Shown here in pieces: positions 16,152-24,041 of a stretch of DNA of 32,000 nt. A program made the position numbers and the translations under genes. Numbering within the stretch: position 1 is the first letter of the stretch; every line of letters starts with the position of its first letter. The DNA comes from a virus. The DNA lies in IMG/VR virus record IMGVR_UViG_3300045988_141106, positions 1 through 32,000 of that record; one strand, written 5' to 3'. The notes below the pieces were generated by a model, which worked only from the letters and a program-made list of their open reading frames with translations, had not been told where the DNA came from and did no database searches.

Positions 16152-16330
16152 TTGCAGAATTGCAAATTAATATGTATAATGAAACTTAAGCAGGACATTG
16201 TGCTATTATTCATCTGGACTGCTCCAACAGTTCAGATTCATATGAATATCGCTTGTTTTGCTTGTTATGTACAGGAAGGGATTCATACCGTATGCGCTCC
16301 AACGCAGGTATGATTCCCTTCTTTTATTTT
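16152..16330 (+). ncRNA. Candidate plus-strand sRNA: promoter, two CUCCAA-loop hairpins, intrinsic terminator
   Basis: TTGCAG (16152-16157), 17 nt, TATAAT (16175-16180); hairpin ATCTGGACTG-CTCCAA-CAGTTCAGAT (16212-16237); terminator hairpin GAAGGGATTCATACC (16275-16289)/GGTATGATTCCCTTC (16307-16321), then TTTTATTTT; inner GCG-CTCCAA-CGC. No convincing ORF. Confidence 0.7.
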
Positions 16331-16472
16331 GTTCGACAAAATTATAATACATCGAACTAATGTTCTTGTCAATATGTTTTCGAACATTTGTTTGCTATTC
16401 TATATTTGTCTTTCCTTATATTTCCATTTTATACCTCTTGACATGTATATTCCAGCGGTAAATATTTCCATT

Positions 16473-16775
16473 TCATTCCTTTAAATGTGGTAAAATAATG
16501 TCATGCATAATACCTTCTCGATTGATGTGTTCGATATCTTGTATCGTAGAATATAATTGCATATGTTCGATTATTTCATCTCTGTTAAGGAAAATAGTTT
16601 TTGCTTTTTTAATTAATTTACACCCTTCTGCAGGTGTAGTTATTTTTTTACTTTCTTCATTTTGATCATAATCAATTGTATAAATAAGAATTTTGTACTT
16701 CTTGTTCTTTTTTTCAAGTTCTTTCATTTTCTGCATCGCTTGGTTGTAATCAGAGTATTCATATGCTTCTATCAT
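16473..16775 (-). CDS. hypothetical protein adjacent to mazF-like gene
   Basis: 100-aa ORF. Confidence 0.5.
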   Translation of the reverse strand: MIEAYEYSDYNQAMQKMKELEKKNKKYKILIYTIDYDQNEESKKITTPAEGCKLIKKAKTIFLNRDEIIEHMQLYSTIQDIEHINREGIMHDIILPHLKE

Positions 16776-16779
16776 CTTG

Positions 16780-17151
16780 TCATTCCTCCATTAATAATGT
16801 CTGTAAACTAATCTGCATTGCTCTGTTCACTTCTTTTTGCTTTTTGGGACTAATCTCTCCGATCTTATCCAACAATCTAGCTTTATCTATTGTTTTAATT
16901 TGTTCACATGTTACTAACGAATCGGAACTTAATCCATTCAACGCATCTTTTTCCAAAATGACATGAGTAGGAAGATTGGGCTTCCTTTTTGATGTGATTG
17001 CCACGACTATGGTTGTTGGAGAATGTTTATTCCCAATGTTATTTTGGACAACAAGTGCTGGGCGTTTTCCGCCTTGTTCAGATCCTTTCGTTTTCCCGAA
17101 ATCTACCCAATAGATTTCACCACGTTTAATTTCGCCACAATGTACATCCAT
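16780..17151 (-). CDS. mazF: MazF/PemK-family endoribonuclease toxin
   Basis: IKRGEIYWVDFGKTKGSEQGGKRPALVVQNNIGNKHSPTTIVVAITSKRK...LPTHV...LVTCEQIKTIDKARL. Confidence 0.92.
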   Translation of the reverse strand: MDVHCGEIKRGEIYWVDFGKTKGSEQGGKRPALVVQNNIGNKHSPTTIVVAITSKRKPNLPTHVILEKDALNGLSSDSLVTCEQIKTIDKARLLDKIGEISPKKQKEVNRAMQISLQTLLMEE

Positions 17152-17348
17152 ACCCGGTTCCTCCTTTCTCTCTTGTTTTTCTTACGTTGAACTCATTATA
17201 TCAACATATCTTTAATATGTCAATACTTAATATAAATATATCTTTATTATTTTTGCTATTATATCGCAATTTATCTTTATTTATATAAACATGTCTTTAT
17301 AGATTTTCTTATTTAATTATGTTATAATCATTGACACGGAGGTGCAAT

Positions 17349-17678
17349 ATGATTAAATTAGATATTCAACATTTGATATTGAGTAAATATAAAAATCAAG
17401 CTGCATTTGCAGAAGCTACTGATCTCTCTTTGCCATCAGTGTCAAAAATTTGTTCTGGTAATATGGCAAGCATTCGCTTTGAAACTCTTGAAAAAATTTG
17501 TGAAGCATTAGAATGCACTCCGAACGATCTACTTACTTCCGATAAAAACGAATGGGATACAAAAATTCCATCACATGTTACAGAATATATCGATCGAATG
17601 GAACATATCTCGCAAGAAATCCAGGATGCGAATTTCCGTTATAGAGCTGCAGCATATCATAAAGAAAGCGATGACTAA
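17349..17678 (+). CDS. XRE-family HTH regulator, divergent from mazF
   Basis: NQAAFAEATDLSLPSVSKICSGNMASIRFETLEKICEALECTPNDLL; GGAGG RBS before ATG at 17349. Confidence 0.85.
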   Translation: MIKLDIQHLILSKYKNQAAFAEATDLSLPSVSKICSGNMASIRFETLEKICEALECTPNDLLTSDKNEWDTKIPSHVTEYIDRMEHISQEIQDANFRYRAAAYHKESDD

Positions 17679-17694
17679 ACCAGCCATCGCTTTC

Positions 17695-17946
17695 TTATTG
17701 CTTATATTCAGATCCACTCAAATCCATTCTAAAATTGATTTCTTGTATGCACCACCAATATAATTTTTCTGCATCCTCATTATCTTTCCGATCTCGATCC
17801 GTGAAAATCATTAATTCTATTACATTCTCTTCTGACATATTTCTCAAATCTGCAGGTGTTACTGTATAGTTCAAATATTTTGGAATCATTTTTCTTTCAC
17901 ACCGTTTCGTTTTAATATTTCTGTTACTTGAGACACGGGAATGCAA
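17695..17946 (-). CDS. hypothetical protein
   Basis: 83-aa ORF. Confidence 0.45.
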   Translation of the reverse strand: MHSRVSSNRNIKTKRCERKMIPKYLNYTVTPADLRNMSEENVIELMIFTDRDRKDNEDAEKLYWWCIQEINFRMDLSGSEYKQ

Positions 17947-18050
17947 AATCTTCTGGAAACTGCTTTCTTATCATGATATTTATCGAAATCTTCTAATACA
18001 TCTTTATCTGTCCACTCTAATTGAACTGGTGCATTCATATAGTTTTCCAT
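17886..18050 (-). CDS. small HTH-like protein
   Basis: MENYMNAPVQLEWTDKDVLEDFDKYHDKKAVSRRFCIPVSQVTEILKRNG. Confidence 0.5.
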   Translation of the reverse strand: MENYMNAPVQLEWTDKDVLEDFDKYHDKKAVSRRFCIPVSQVTEILKRNGVKEK

Positions 18051-18079
18051 TGTTATCTCCTTTTGAAATGTCTGATTCA

Positions 18080-18256
18080 TTAATTGAAAACAAATTGAAA
18101 ATCTTTATCGTTTATTTCACATGTAATGAGTTCTTTGTTGTTGTCAAGAATATCTACAACAGCACTTTCATATCTTGAATAAGCTGCTGTACATTCATAT
18201 TCTTTACCTTCCGTAAAATGTTCATCGGTTTTTCTACAAATAGCCTTATTGTTCAT
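18080..18256 (-). CDS. small hypothetical protein
   Basis: Manual translation MNKAICRKTDEHFTEGKEYECTAAYSRYESAVVDILDNNKELITCEINDKDFQFVFN*. Confidence 0.5.
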   Translation of the reverse strand: MNNKAICRKTDEHFTEGKEYECTAAYSRYESAVVDILDNNKELITCEINDKDFQFVFN

Positions 18257-18346
18257 CTTATCCCTCCGTTTGAAACCATTCCAACATAGTCTTTAAATTC
18301 TCCAAAGCTCATTGTAATTACTTTTACATTTTTCATATCGATCACT

Positions 18347-18880
18347 TTACCTTTCTAAATATTTTGTTGGCACTTCTTTGGTTAACCAAACATTATTCAC
18401 AGACAAATAAAATTTATATCCATCTCTATGCATCTGGCCAGATGCCACCTGATACACAACTTCTTTTCCGTGTCTTTGTCCGACTTTTTCTGCAGTATCA
18501 ACGTCACTTGAAAGATGAACATATAACCGGCTTTTTGGAATTAACCCAATCTGATCGATTGACACTACGTATTTTTCGCCAGTTCCATGATATAAAAATT
18601 CTGGTGGTTGTTTCTCTTCTAACTCTACATCTACAGGAATCGAATGTCCTTGGTTGCATCTAATCAGTGTTTTATCTTCATTGAAAGAGTATCTTCCCTT
18701 CGAATCTGTTTCCACGATCTCGTACAGATGATCCAGATCGAATCCAGGATTGTCTTTCCTAATCCCGTCAATCAGTTCGACTACATTAGCCCACCCATGT
18801 TCATCCAAAGTAATGCCAATTGCTTCTGGTTTATGTCTGAGAATTAAACACATGTATTTACTAATATTTTCTAAGTTCAT
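18347..18880 (-). CDS. kptA: RNA 2'-phosphotransferase (Tpt1/KptA family), NAD+-dependent
   Basis: [73 protein letters not shown]. Confidence 0.93.
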   Translation of the reverse strand: MNLENISKYMCLILRHKPEAIGITLDEHGWANVVELIDGIRKDNPGFDLDHLYEIVETDSKGRYSFNEDKTLIRCNQGHSIPVDVELEEKQPPEFLYHGTGEKYVVSIDQIGLIPKSRLYVHLSSDVDTAEKVGQRHGKEVVYQVASGQMHRDGYKFYLSVNNVWLTKEVPTKYLER

Positions 18881-18894
18881 GCTTTTACTTCCTT

Positions 18895-19149
18895 TTATTT
18901 AATTTTATTTTTCAGATGCCAAACAAAATCTTTTGAATCAAGTAATGAACCTTCAAACAATTTTTCACCTTCAGCTTCATAAATTCTCAACGATCCATCA
19001 AAACCAACCACAACATATTTTCCGTTATATTTTTCCATGTCAATCAGTTTCCATTCAAGTGCTTGATACTGAGTTCCATCTTCCATCACATCTGCATATC
19101 CATCATATGTAAATAACGGAATGTCAAACATATAAATTATATTATCCAT
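18895..19149 (-). CDS. hypothetical protein
   Basis: 84-aa ORF. Confidence 0.5.
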   Translation of the reverse strand: MDNIIYMFDIPLFTYDGYADVMEDGTQYQALEWKLIDMEKYNGKYVVVGFDGSLRIYEAEGEKLFEGSLLDSKDFVWHLKNKIK

Positions 19150-19184
19150 ATTTTGTTTCTTCCTTTTGTTGTCTATATTAATTA

Positions 19185-19436
19185 TTATACGGTTTCTATA
19201 TTTATTACTTCTAATAAATTATCTTCCATCCATTCGCAAATATCTTGTACTACTGCATAAGTATCTTCGTATCCATAGGAGGCATTGCTCCAGGTATAAC
19301 AATCATTATATTCGTCAAACCAGATTTCTACAGATTCTCCATTTGACAAATCAAGCCTAATGGAAATTTTATCTTCTTGTTCTTCTGCATATCCCATTTC
19401 TTCGACAACATATTTGTTAATATCTGCTTCAGTCAC
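19185..19436 (-). CDS. hypothetical acidic protein
   Basis: 83-aa ORF. Confidence 0.5.
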   Translation of the reverse strand: MTEADINKYVVEEMGYAEEQEDKISIRLDLSNGESVEIWFDEYNDCYTWSNASYGYEDTYAVVQDICEWMEDNLLEVINIETV

Positions 19437-19471
19437 AACATTTCACCTGCCTTCTGAAAACAATCTTTCAT

Positions 19472-19735
19472 CTACTCTCTAATTGTTTTATAATAACTTC
19501 CGAACCAGACATGTACAGGAGGATTTTTCGCACATGGCATTAAAGAACCACTTACCATTTCCCTAACCTGACCAGAATCATTCCATCCATTTGATTCCAT
19601 TTCTTTTTTATGCTCCATTCTTTCTTCTTTTGAGTCGTAATAATACTGTTCTATAAACTCTGTGTACTTATCTACGCAGTTATCTCCATCCCACACAAAT
19701 TTTGTTGTATTATTTTTCATTTTAATTCTTTTCAT
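19472..19735 (-). CDS. hypothetical protein
   Basis: 87-aa ORF. Confidence 0.5.
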   Translation of the reverse strand: MKRIKMKNNTTKFVWDGDNCVDKYTEFIEQYYYDSKEERMEHKKEMESNGWNDSGQVREMVSGSLMPCAKNPPVHVWFGSYYKTIRE

Positions 19736-19772
19736 ATAATCATCTCCATTCTATATTAAAAACAACTTAATC

Positions 19773-20063
19773 TCATAACATTACCCATAGATTTTTTCCA
19801 TAATATTCTCTTCTTATATGAGGAATATCATTGTTAATTTTTGATAATTCAATCTTTTCAAAAGTTACATTTTTGCAGCCATCCATAGTTCTGTTTCCAA
19901 ATCTATTTTTAGTACATTCAATTCCATTTGATGATTCCTCAACCATAACAGAAGTCACTTCTCGTAAATGTTTGATTTTTTGTATTTCTTCATATGTCAT
20001 ATTATTCGCATCCTTTACAATGAAAGCAATTTTTCTTTGCCTTATCGTATTGTCAAAAACCAT
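19773..20063 (-). CDS. hypothetical protein
   Basis: 96-aa ORF. Confidence 0.5.
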   Translation of the reverse strand: MVFDNTIRQRKIAFIVKDANNMTYEEIQKIKHLREVTSVMVEESSNGIECTKNRFGNRTMDGCKNVTFEKIELSKINNDIPHIRREYYGKNLWVML

Positions 20064-20428
20064 TCTCCGTTCAATTTAGAATATGTTTTCCAATCTTTTG
20101 TTGTAAATTCATTAATATGAAGTACATTTAATTCTTTAAATAAATCATTGTCGTCTAATGATTGCAGATAATCATATTGTTCCGAAAAATTTTTAAATCT
20201 AGTATTCCCTAATAAATAATCTGTGCTAACTTCATATAATTTTGCAAGCCGTACTAAGTTATCCACTGATGGAGAATTTTCACCTTTTTCGATATTATAT
20301 ATCGCTGTCTTACTTATACTAAGTTTTTCGCTTACCTCTTCTACAGTAAGATTTTTTAATTCTCTACTTTCTTTATAATTATTCATGACAATATGCACCT
20401 TATTCCGGATGACTTGTTTTTGTTCCAA
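20042..20428 (-). CDS. XRE-family transcriptional regulator
   Basis: LTVEEVSEKLSISKTAIYNIEKGENSPSVDNLVRLAKLYEVSTDYLLG. Confidence 0.85.
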   Translation of the reverse strand: MEQKQVIRNKVHIVMNNYKESRELKNLTVEEVSEKLSISKTAIYNIEKGENSPSVDNLVRLAKLYEVSTDYLLGNTRFKNFSEQYDYLQSLDDNDLFKELNVLHINEFTTKDWKTYSKLNGEWFLTIR

Positions 20429-20544
20429 AGTCTGTCTCTTTTACTTTATATTCATTTTTCATATTTTACACCTCCACGAAACACTATATAGTATGTAATT
20501 TGATTTATTGTACTATATATAGTTCATAAACTGTGATGAAATCG

Positions 20545-20916
20545 TCATTTCTTCTGCTCGTCAATTAAATCCAATACTTCGCATAAAGCCTTATATCTGC
20601 CTTCTTCTAAGTCATTCATATTGCGATTTTTTGTTTCATTTTCTAAATCCTCAATAAGCTGCTCGATTTTAATTCTTAATTCGTCCACTGTTATACCTCC
20701 AATTCTCTTTCTAATCTCTTCGTTACTTGAACACTTCTGCAACTGATTTATTGAAACATGTCGCTGTTCAATACAACCATCTTCCATTTCAAAATCAACA
20801 TCTGCTTCCTCGTTTGGATTTTCCCATGCATAATCTACAAATATTCCAAACAATTTTAAATTTTTGTGAAACACTTTATCACCTTTTTTAAATTCCATTA
20901 ATGTCACCTCTTCCAA
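20545..20916 (-). CDS. hypothetical protein
   Basis: 123-aa ORF (real start probably internal, MEFKKGDKVF). Confidence 0.5.
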   Translation of the reverse strand: MEEVTLMEFKKGDKVFHKNLKLFGIFVDYAWENPNEEADVDFEMEDGCIEQRHVSINQLQKCSSNEEIRKRIGGITVDELRIKIEQLIEDLENETKNRNMNDLEEGRYKALCEVLDLIDEQKK

Positions 20917-21018
20917 TCTTCCGAGTAAATCATTTATTTATCCTTAATTTTTCTGCAAGTCCATACAGAAATTCAGCCATATTTTTATGACCTGCCTCAT
21001 CTTGTATTAACTATCAAC

Positions 21019-21222
21019 TTAGTTATTTTTTACATAATCCCACGAGATTTCTTCTGGCGCATTCTCTTCACATTCGAATACCGTAACATAGCAATACCCA
21101 TCTCAGATAAGCTGCTGCGCATTCTCTTTACATTCATCAAAATTATTAAAATCTCCTAGAATATAAGGCTGACCCATAAAATCGTTTCCATCTTTTTCCT
21201 TGTATGCAATCAGATATATCAT
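21019..21222 (-). pseudogene. paralogue of ORF 21908..22156 with an in-frame TGA
   Basis: Manual translation MIYLIAYKEKDGNDFMGQPYILGDFNNFDECKENAQQLI*DGYCYVTVFECEENAPEEISWDYVKNN*; TGA at 21103-21105. Confidence 0.6.
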
Positions 21223-21456
21223 CTAAACTTTTCTCCTTACTTTTTCACTCCGATCGGTCACGTCTAAATAATAATCGGTACATTCTTCAACTTCAAAATC
21301 GTTACTTCCAGGATTATTCCACTCACTTTTCGGAAGCCATCCGCAGCCTTTGCAACTATTTAAATCTTCATTATTAGAAAGCCAAATTATATCACCAATA
21401 TTAAATGTACCATCTGAACTTGCCTTTGTCACTTTGTACAATTTCAATTTTTCCAT
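21223..21456 (-). CDS. hypothetical protein
   Basis: 77-aa ORF. Confidence 0.5.
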   Translation of the reverse strand: MEKLKLYKVTKASSDGTFNIGDIIWLSNNEDLNSCKGCGWLPKSEWNNPGSNDFEVEECTDYYLDVTDRSEKVRRKV

Positions 21457-21481
21457 ATTATCACCATTTGAAAGTTAAATT

Positions 21482-21904
21482 TTATTGCCAAACATCATCA
21501 TTATCGGCGAGTGATGCATCCCACTCAATATTATGACCAGTTTTATTCTTTACCATTTCTATTGCTTCGTCATAATTGTTTGCTTTTACAACATATTTAT
21601 AAGATGAGTTATCCTCAAGATATTTTGGAACATCTTCAACAATATATAACTCTTTCATTTCACGTTTATTGTGTTCTTTAAACCATCTATCTGCTATTAC
21701 ATGAGTTAACTCAATTTGCAGCATTAATGTTGTCTTTGCTCCAAAATCTTTTTCATATTCCCTCTTAATTTTTGCTAACTCAGTGTTATCAGGGAATGCA
21801 CCATTTTTTTCTGCTTCAAGAAACTGATTATATAGCAATATCAGCTCTTCGTCTGTTTTTGTATCAAAGACATTCACATGCATAACATTATTCCTCCATT
21901 TCAA
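21482..21904 (-). CDS. hypothetical protein
   Basis: 140-aa ORF. Confidence 0.5.
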   Translation of the reverse strand: MKWRNNVMHVNVFDTKTDEELILLYNQFLEAEKNGAFPDNTELAKIKREYEKDFGAKTTLMLQIELTHVIADRWFKEHNKREMKELYIVEDVPKYLEDNSSYKYVVKANNYDEAIEMVKNKTGHNIEWDASLADNDDVWQ

Positions 21905-21907
21905 ATA

Positions 21908-22156
21908 TTAATTTTGATGCTGTTTTACATAATCCCAATCAATACACTCTGGAACCGATTCATCATAGTTAAGAACAGTTACATTCTTATAACCAGATCT
22001 GATCAACTCATTCGCTTTCTTTATACATTCCTTTCGGTTATCAAAATCATCTAAAATCCATGGCTCTGTTTTGGTGAATCCATTTCCAGATTTATCATTA
22101 TATGCGATTGCATATTCCATAACATCACCTCGATCTTTCATAACTTTCTTCCGCAC
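21908..22156 (-). CDS. hypothetical protein, paralogue of 21019..21222
   Basis: MEYAIAYNDKSGNGF...ECIKKANELIRSGYKNVTVLNYDESVPECIDWDYVKQHQN. Confidence 0.55.
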   Translation of the reverse strand: MRKKVMKDRGDVMEYAIAYNDKSGNGFTKTEPWILDDFDNRKECIKKANELIRSGYKNVTVLNYDESVPECIDWDYVKQHQN

Positions 22157-22353
22157 TTAGGGCAGTAGTTAATATTTGCAACTGCTTCACTTTCTCCACC
22201 TGCGCATAACCCAAATTTATTTGTTTTAGAATTCCACAACATGGACAAACGTGTATAATCGTCTTCTTCTATTGGTTGTTCCATATCAAAGGCTGCGTCT
22301 CCATAATATTCTTCTTTGTATAGTTCTGTATTGCACCATTTACATTTATCCAT
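22138..22353 (-). CDS. small zinc-ribbon protein
   Basis: CKWCNTELY...INYCPKCGRKL. Confidence 0.6.
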   Translation of the reverse strand: MDKCKWCNTELYKEEYYGDAAFDMEQPIEEDDYTRLSMLWNSKTNKFGLCAGGESEAVANINYCPKCGRKL

Positions 22354-22546
22354 TAAATACCTCCTGAAAATTTGATTTCATTTTTTTTAATTCTTTTCTG
22401 CATTGCGGACATAATACTCTATAATTATCATCATGCGTCCAATCTTTTGACATCGCTTTCAGTTTTTTAATCCAATCTGGCGAATAGTAATCTCCAATTG
22501 CTGCCCCACATCTTCCACAAGATATTTCACACCAAATCACATTCAT
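22346..22546 (-). CDS. small zinc-ribbon protein
   Basis: CGRCGAAIGDYY...VLCPQCRKEL. Confidence 0.6.
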   Translation of the reverse strand: MNVIWCEISCGRCGAAIGDYYSPDWIKKLKAMSKDWTHDDNYRVLCPQCRKELKKMKSNFQEVFNG

Positions 22547-22583
22547 ATTGTTTTCCTTTCTTTTTATTATTGAAGTGCTTAAT

Positions 22584-22829
22584 TCATCGTTTTAATGTGT
22601 ATGCTGGCGTACCATCGACAGAGGTAAAGTGATACCATCTCGTTACCTCATCTTTGCACCAACCCATGTTTTCGACATCATAGCAAGCGCAGATACCGTA
22701 GTCTTTCGGATAACCATATGTTTTACGCGCCTGTTTCAAGGCTAACCATAATGGAATATATACTCTTTTCTCCATATAATATTCTCTATCTCCATGAAAC
22801 TTAGATTTCATTACCATCTGATAATCCAT
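22584..22829 (-). CDS. hypothetical protein
   Basis: 81-aa ORF. Confidence 0.5.
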   Translation of the reverse strand: MDYQMVMKSKFHGDREYYMEKRVYIPLWLALKQARKTYGYPKDYGICACYDVENMGWCKDEVTRWYHFTSVDGTPAYTLKR

Positions 22830-22974
22830 TTTAATTTTCCGTTTTTAAACTGATATGTTTTATTTCCAATTGTTATAAATTCCCATGCAAATTTATTATT
22901 TTTCATTCTATTCCTCCTCTGAAATATCCACAAATGTATATTGTTTACATTTCCAATGAAAACTTGGTTTCATT

Positions 22975-23205
22975 TTATTTCATCTGATCGAAAAATCTTT
23001 TCGCTGTTTCTTCGTAAAATAATTTTTCAGCAAAATCAATCGCCTGTGCTTTTGTTTCAAATGCACATATTCTTTTTAATTTTTCAGCATATTGATTAAG
23101 AGATATCGCTTTGATACCCATTTGTTTACTATCAATAACATCCTTGTATATTTTCAATAATTGTTTATTAGTGCACTCTGAAAAAATTTCTAATTTATTA
23201 TCCAT
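22975..23205 (-). CDS. hypothetical protein
   Basis: 76-aa ORF. Confidence 0.5.
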   Translation of the reverse strand: MDNKLEIFSECTNKQLLKIYKDVIDSKQMGIKAISLNQYAEKLKRICAFETKAQAIDFAEKLFYEETAKRFFDQMK

Positions 23206-23400
23206 CTATGCTCTCCCAGCATTATTCTCCATCATCTCTTCCACAAGCTGCTTCATATAAGATATTTCCGATAAATCAAATTGCTCTTTTCTTTCGTACA
23301 ATTCTTTAGGCAATGGAATGTATGACATTTTTGCGATTGCTCTTTCCATATATTCATATGCTTCGTCCAAATCATTCCATATTTCCTGTAAGTTATTCAT
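23206..23400 (-). CDS. hypothetical protein
   Basis: 64-aa ORF. Confidence 0.5.
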   Translation of the reverse strand: MNNLQEIWNDLDEAYEYMERAIAKMSYIPLPKELYERKEQFDLSEISYMKQLVEEMMENNAGRA

Positions 23401-23479
23401 CTATATTACCTCAATTTTACGTTCTCCATTATAATAGAAATGGAATTGTCACAAAGGCAGTTCCATTTCTCTTTTAAAA

Positions 23480-23662
23480 CTATCGTTTGCATTCCACACA
23501 AACGTCTTTTCCTTTATAATCATCAGGTCGCTCATAATGTCCAGGAAAACAATGCATACAACTATAACATGATTGATCCCATCCCATTGGACATTTCTTT
23601 GTCTCTTTTGCTTCATGCGTATAAACATATTTTTCTTCATAATAACTCATAGGTTTTGACAT
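23480..23662 (-). CDS. small Cys-rich protein
   Basis: KKCPMGWDQSCYSCMHCFPGHYERPDDYKGKDVCVECKR. Confidence 0.55.
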   Translation of the reverse strand: MSKPMSYYEEKYVYTHEAKETKKCPMGWDQSCYSCMHCFPGHYERPDDYKGKDVCVECKR

Positions 23663-23663
23663 A

Positions 23664-23987
23664 TTACACTTCCTCTCTTTCCGCTAAATCGTAATCTGAA
23701 CCATTCACAAATTCTCCATCTGTATTTGTATCACAATATTCAAGTGCATATTCTTCTACATCAACGCAATCAGAATGCTCGTCATATGTACATTTATATT
23801 TTGCCAATTCTGCTTTTGCTTCATTGAGCTGATCGTATGTCCATCGTTTTAATTCTTCTGGATCAGTATTTGGTCCATAAATACAATCTCCTTCAGAGTA
23901 ATTTTTGAATTGCTTTTTCGTATAAGATCCTTCAGCATGTCGTAAAATAATTGTATTATAATATTCTCCCATTCTATTTTCCTCCAA
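23664..23987 (-). CDS. hypothetical protein
   Basis: 107-aa ORF; TTGGAGG RBS. Confidence 0.5.
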   Translation of the reverse strand: MEENRMGEYYNTIILRHAEGSYTKKQFKNYSEGDCIYGPNTDPEELKRWTYDQLNEAKAELAKYKCTYDEHSDCVDVEEYALEYCDTNTDGEFVNGSDYDLAEREEV

Positions 23988-24041
23988 CTTTTATATAATT
24001 ATTTATATTATATCATATTCCTCAGCAATAACATAGTTTTT

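Noticed and set aside
16212-16307. Minus-strand CsrA/RsmA sponge reading (GGA in both loops)
   Set aside because: The intrinsic terminator T-tract and the promoter are both on the plus strand; a minus-strand RNA is less supported.
21103-21105. Genome-wide TGA recoding
   Set aside because: nadE and the mazF-like gene end in TGA at expected lengths, and I saw no other supported gene with internal TGA.
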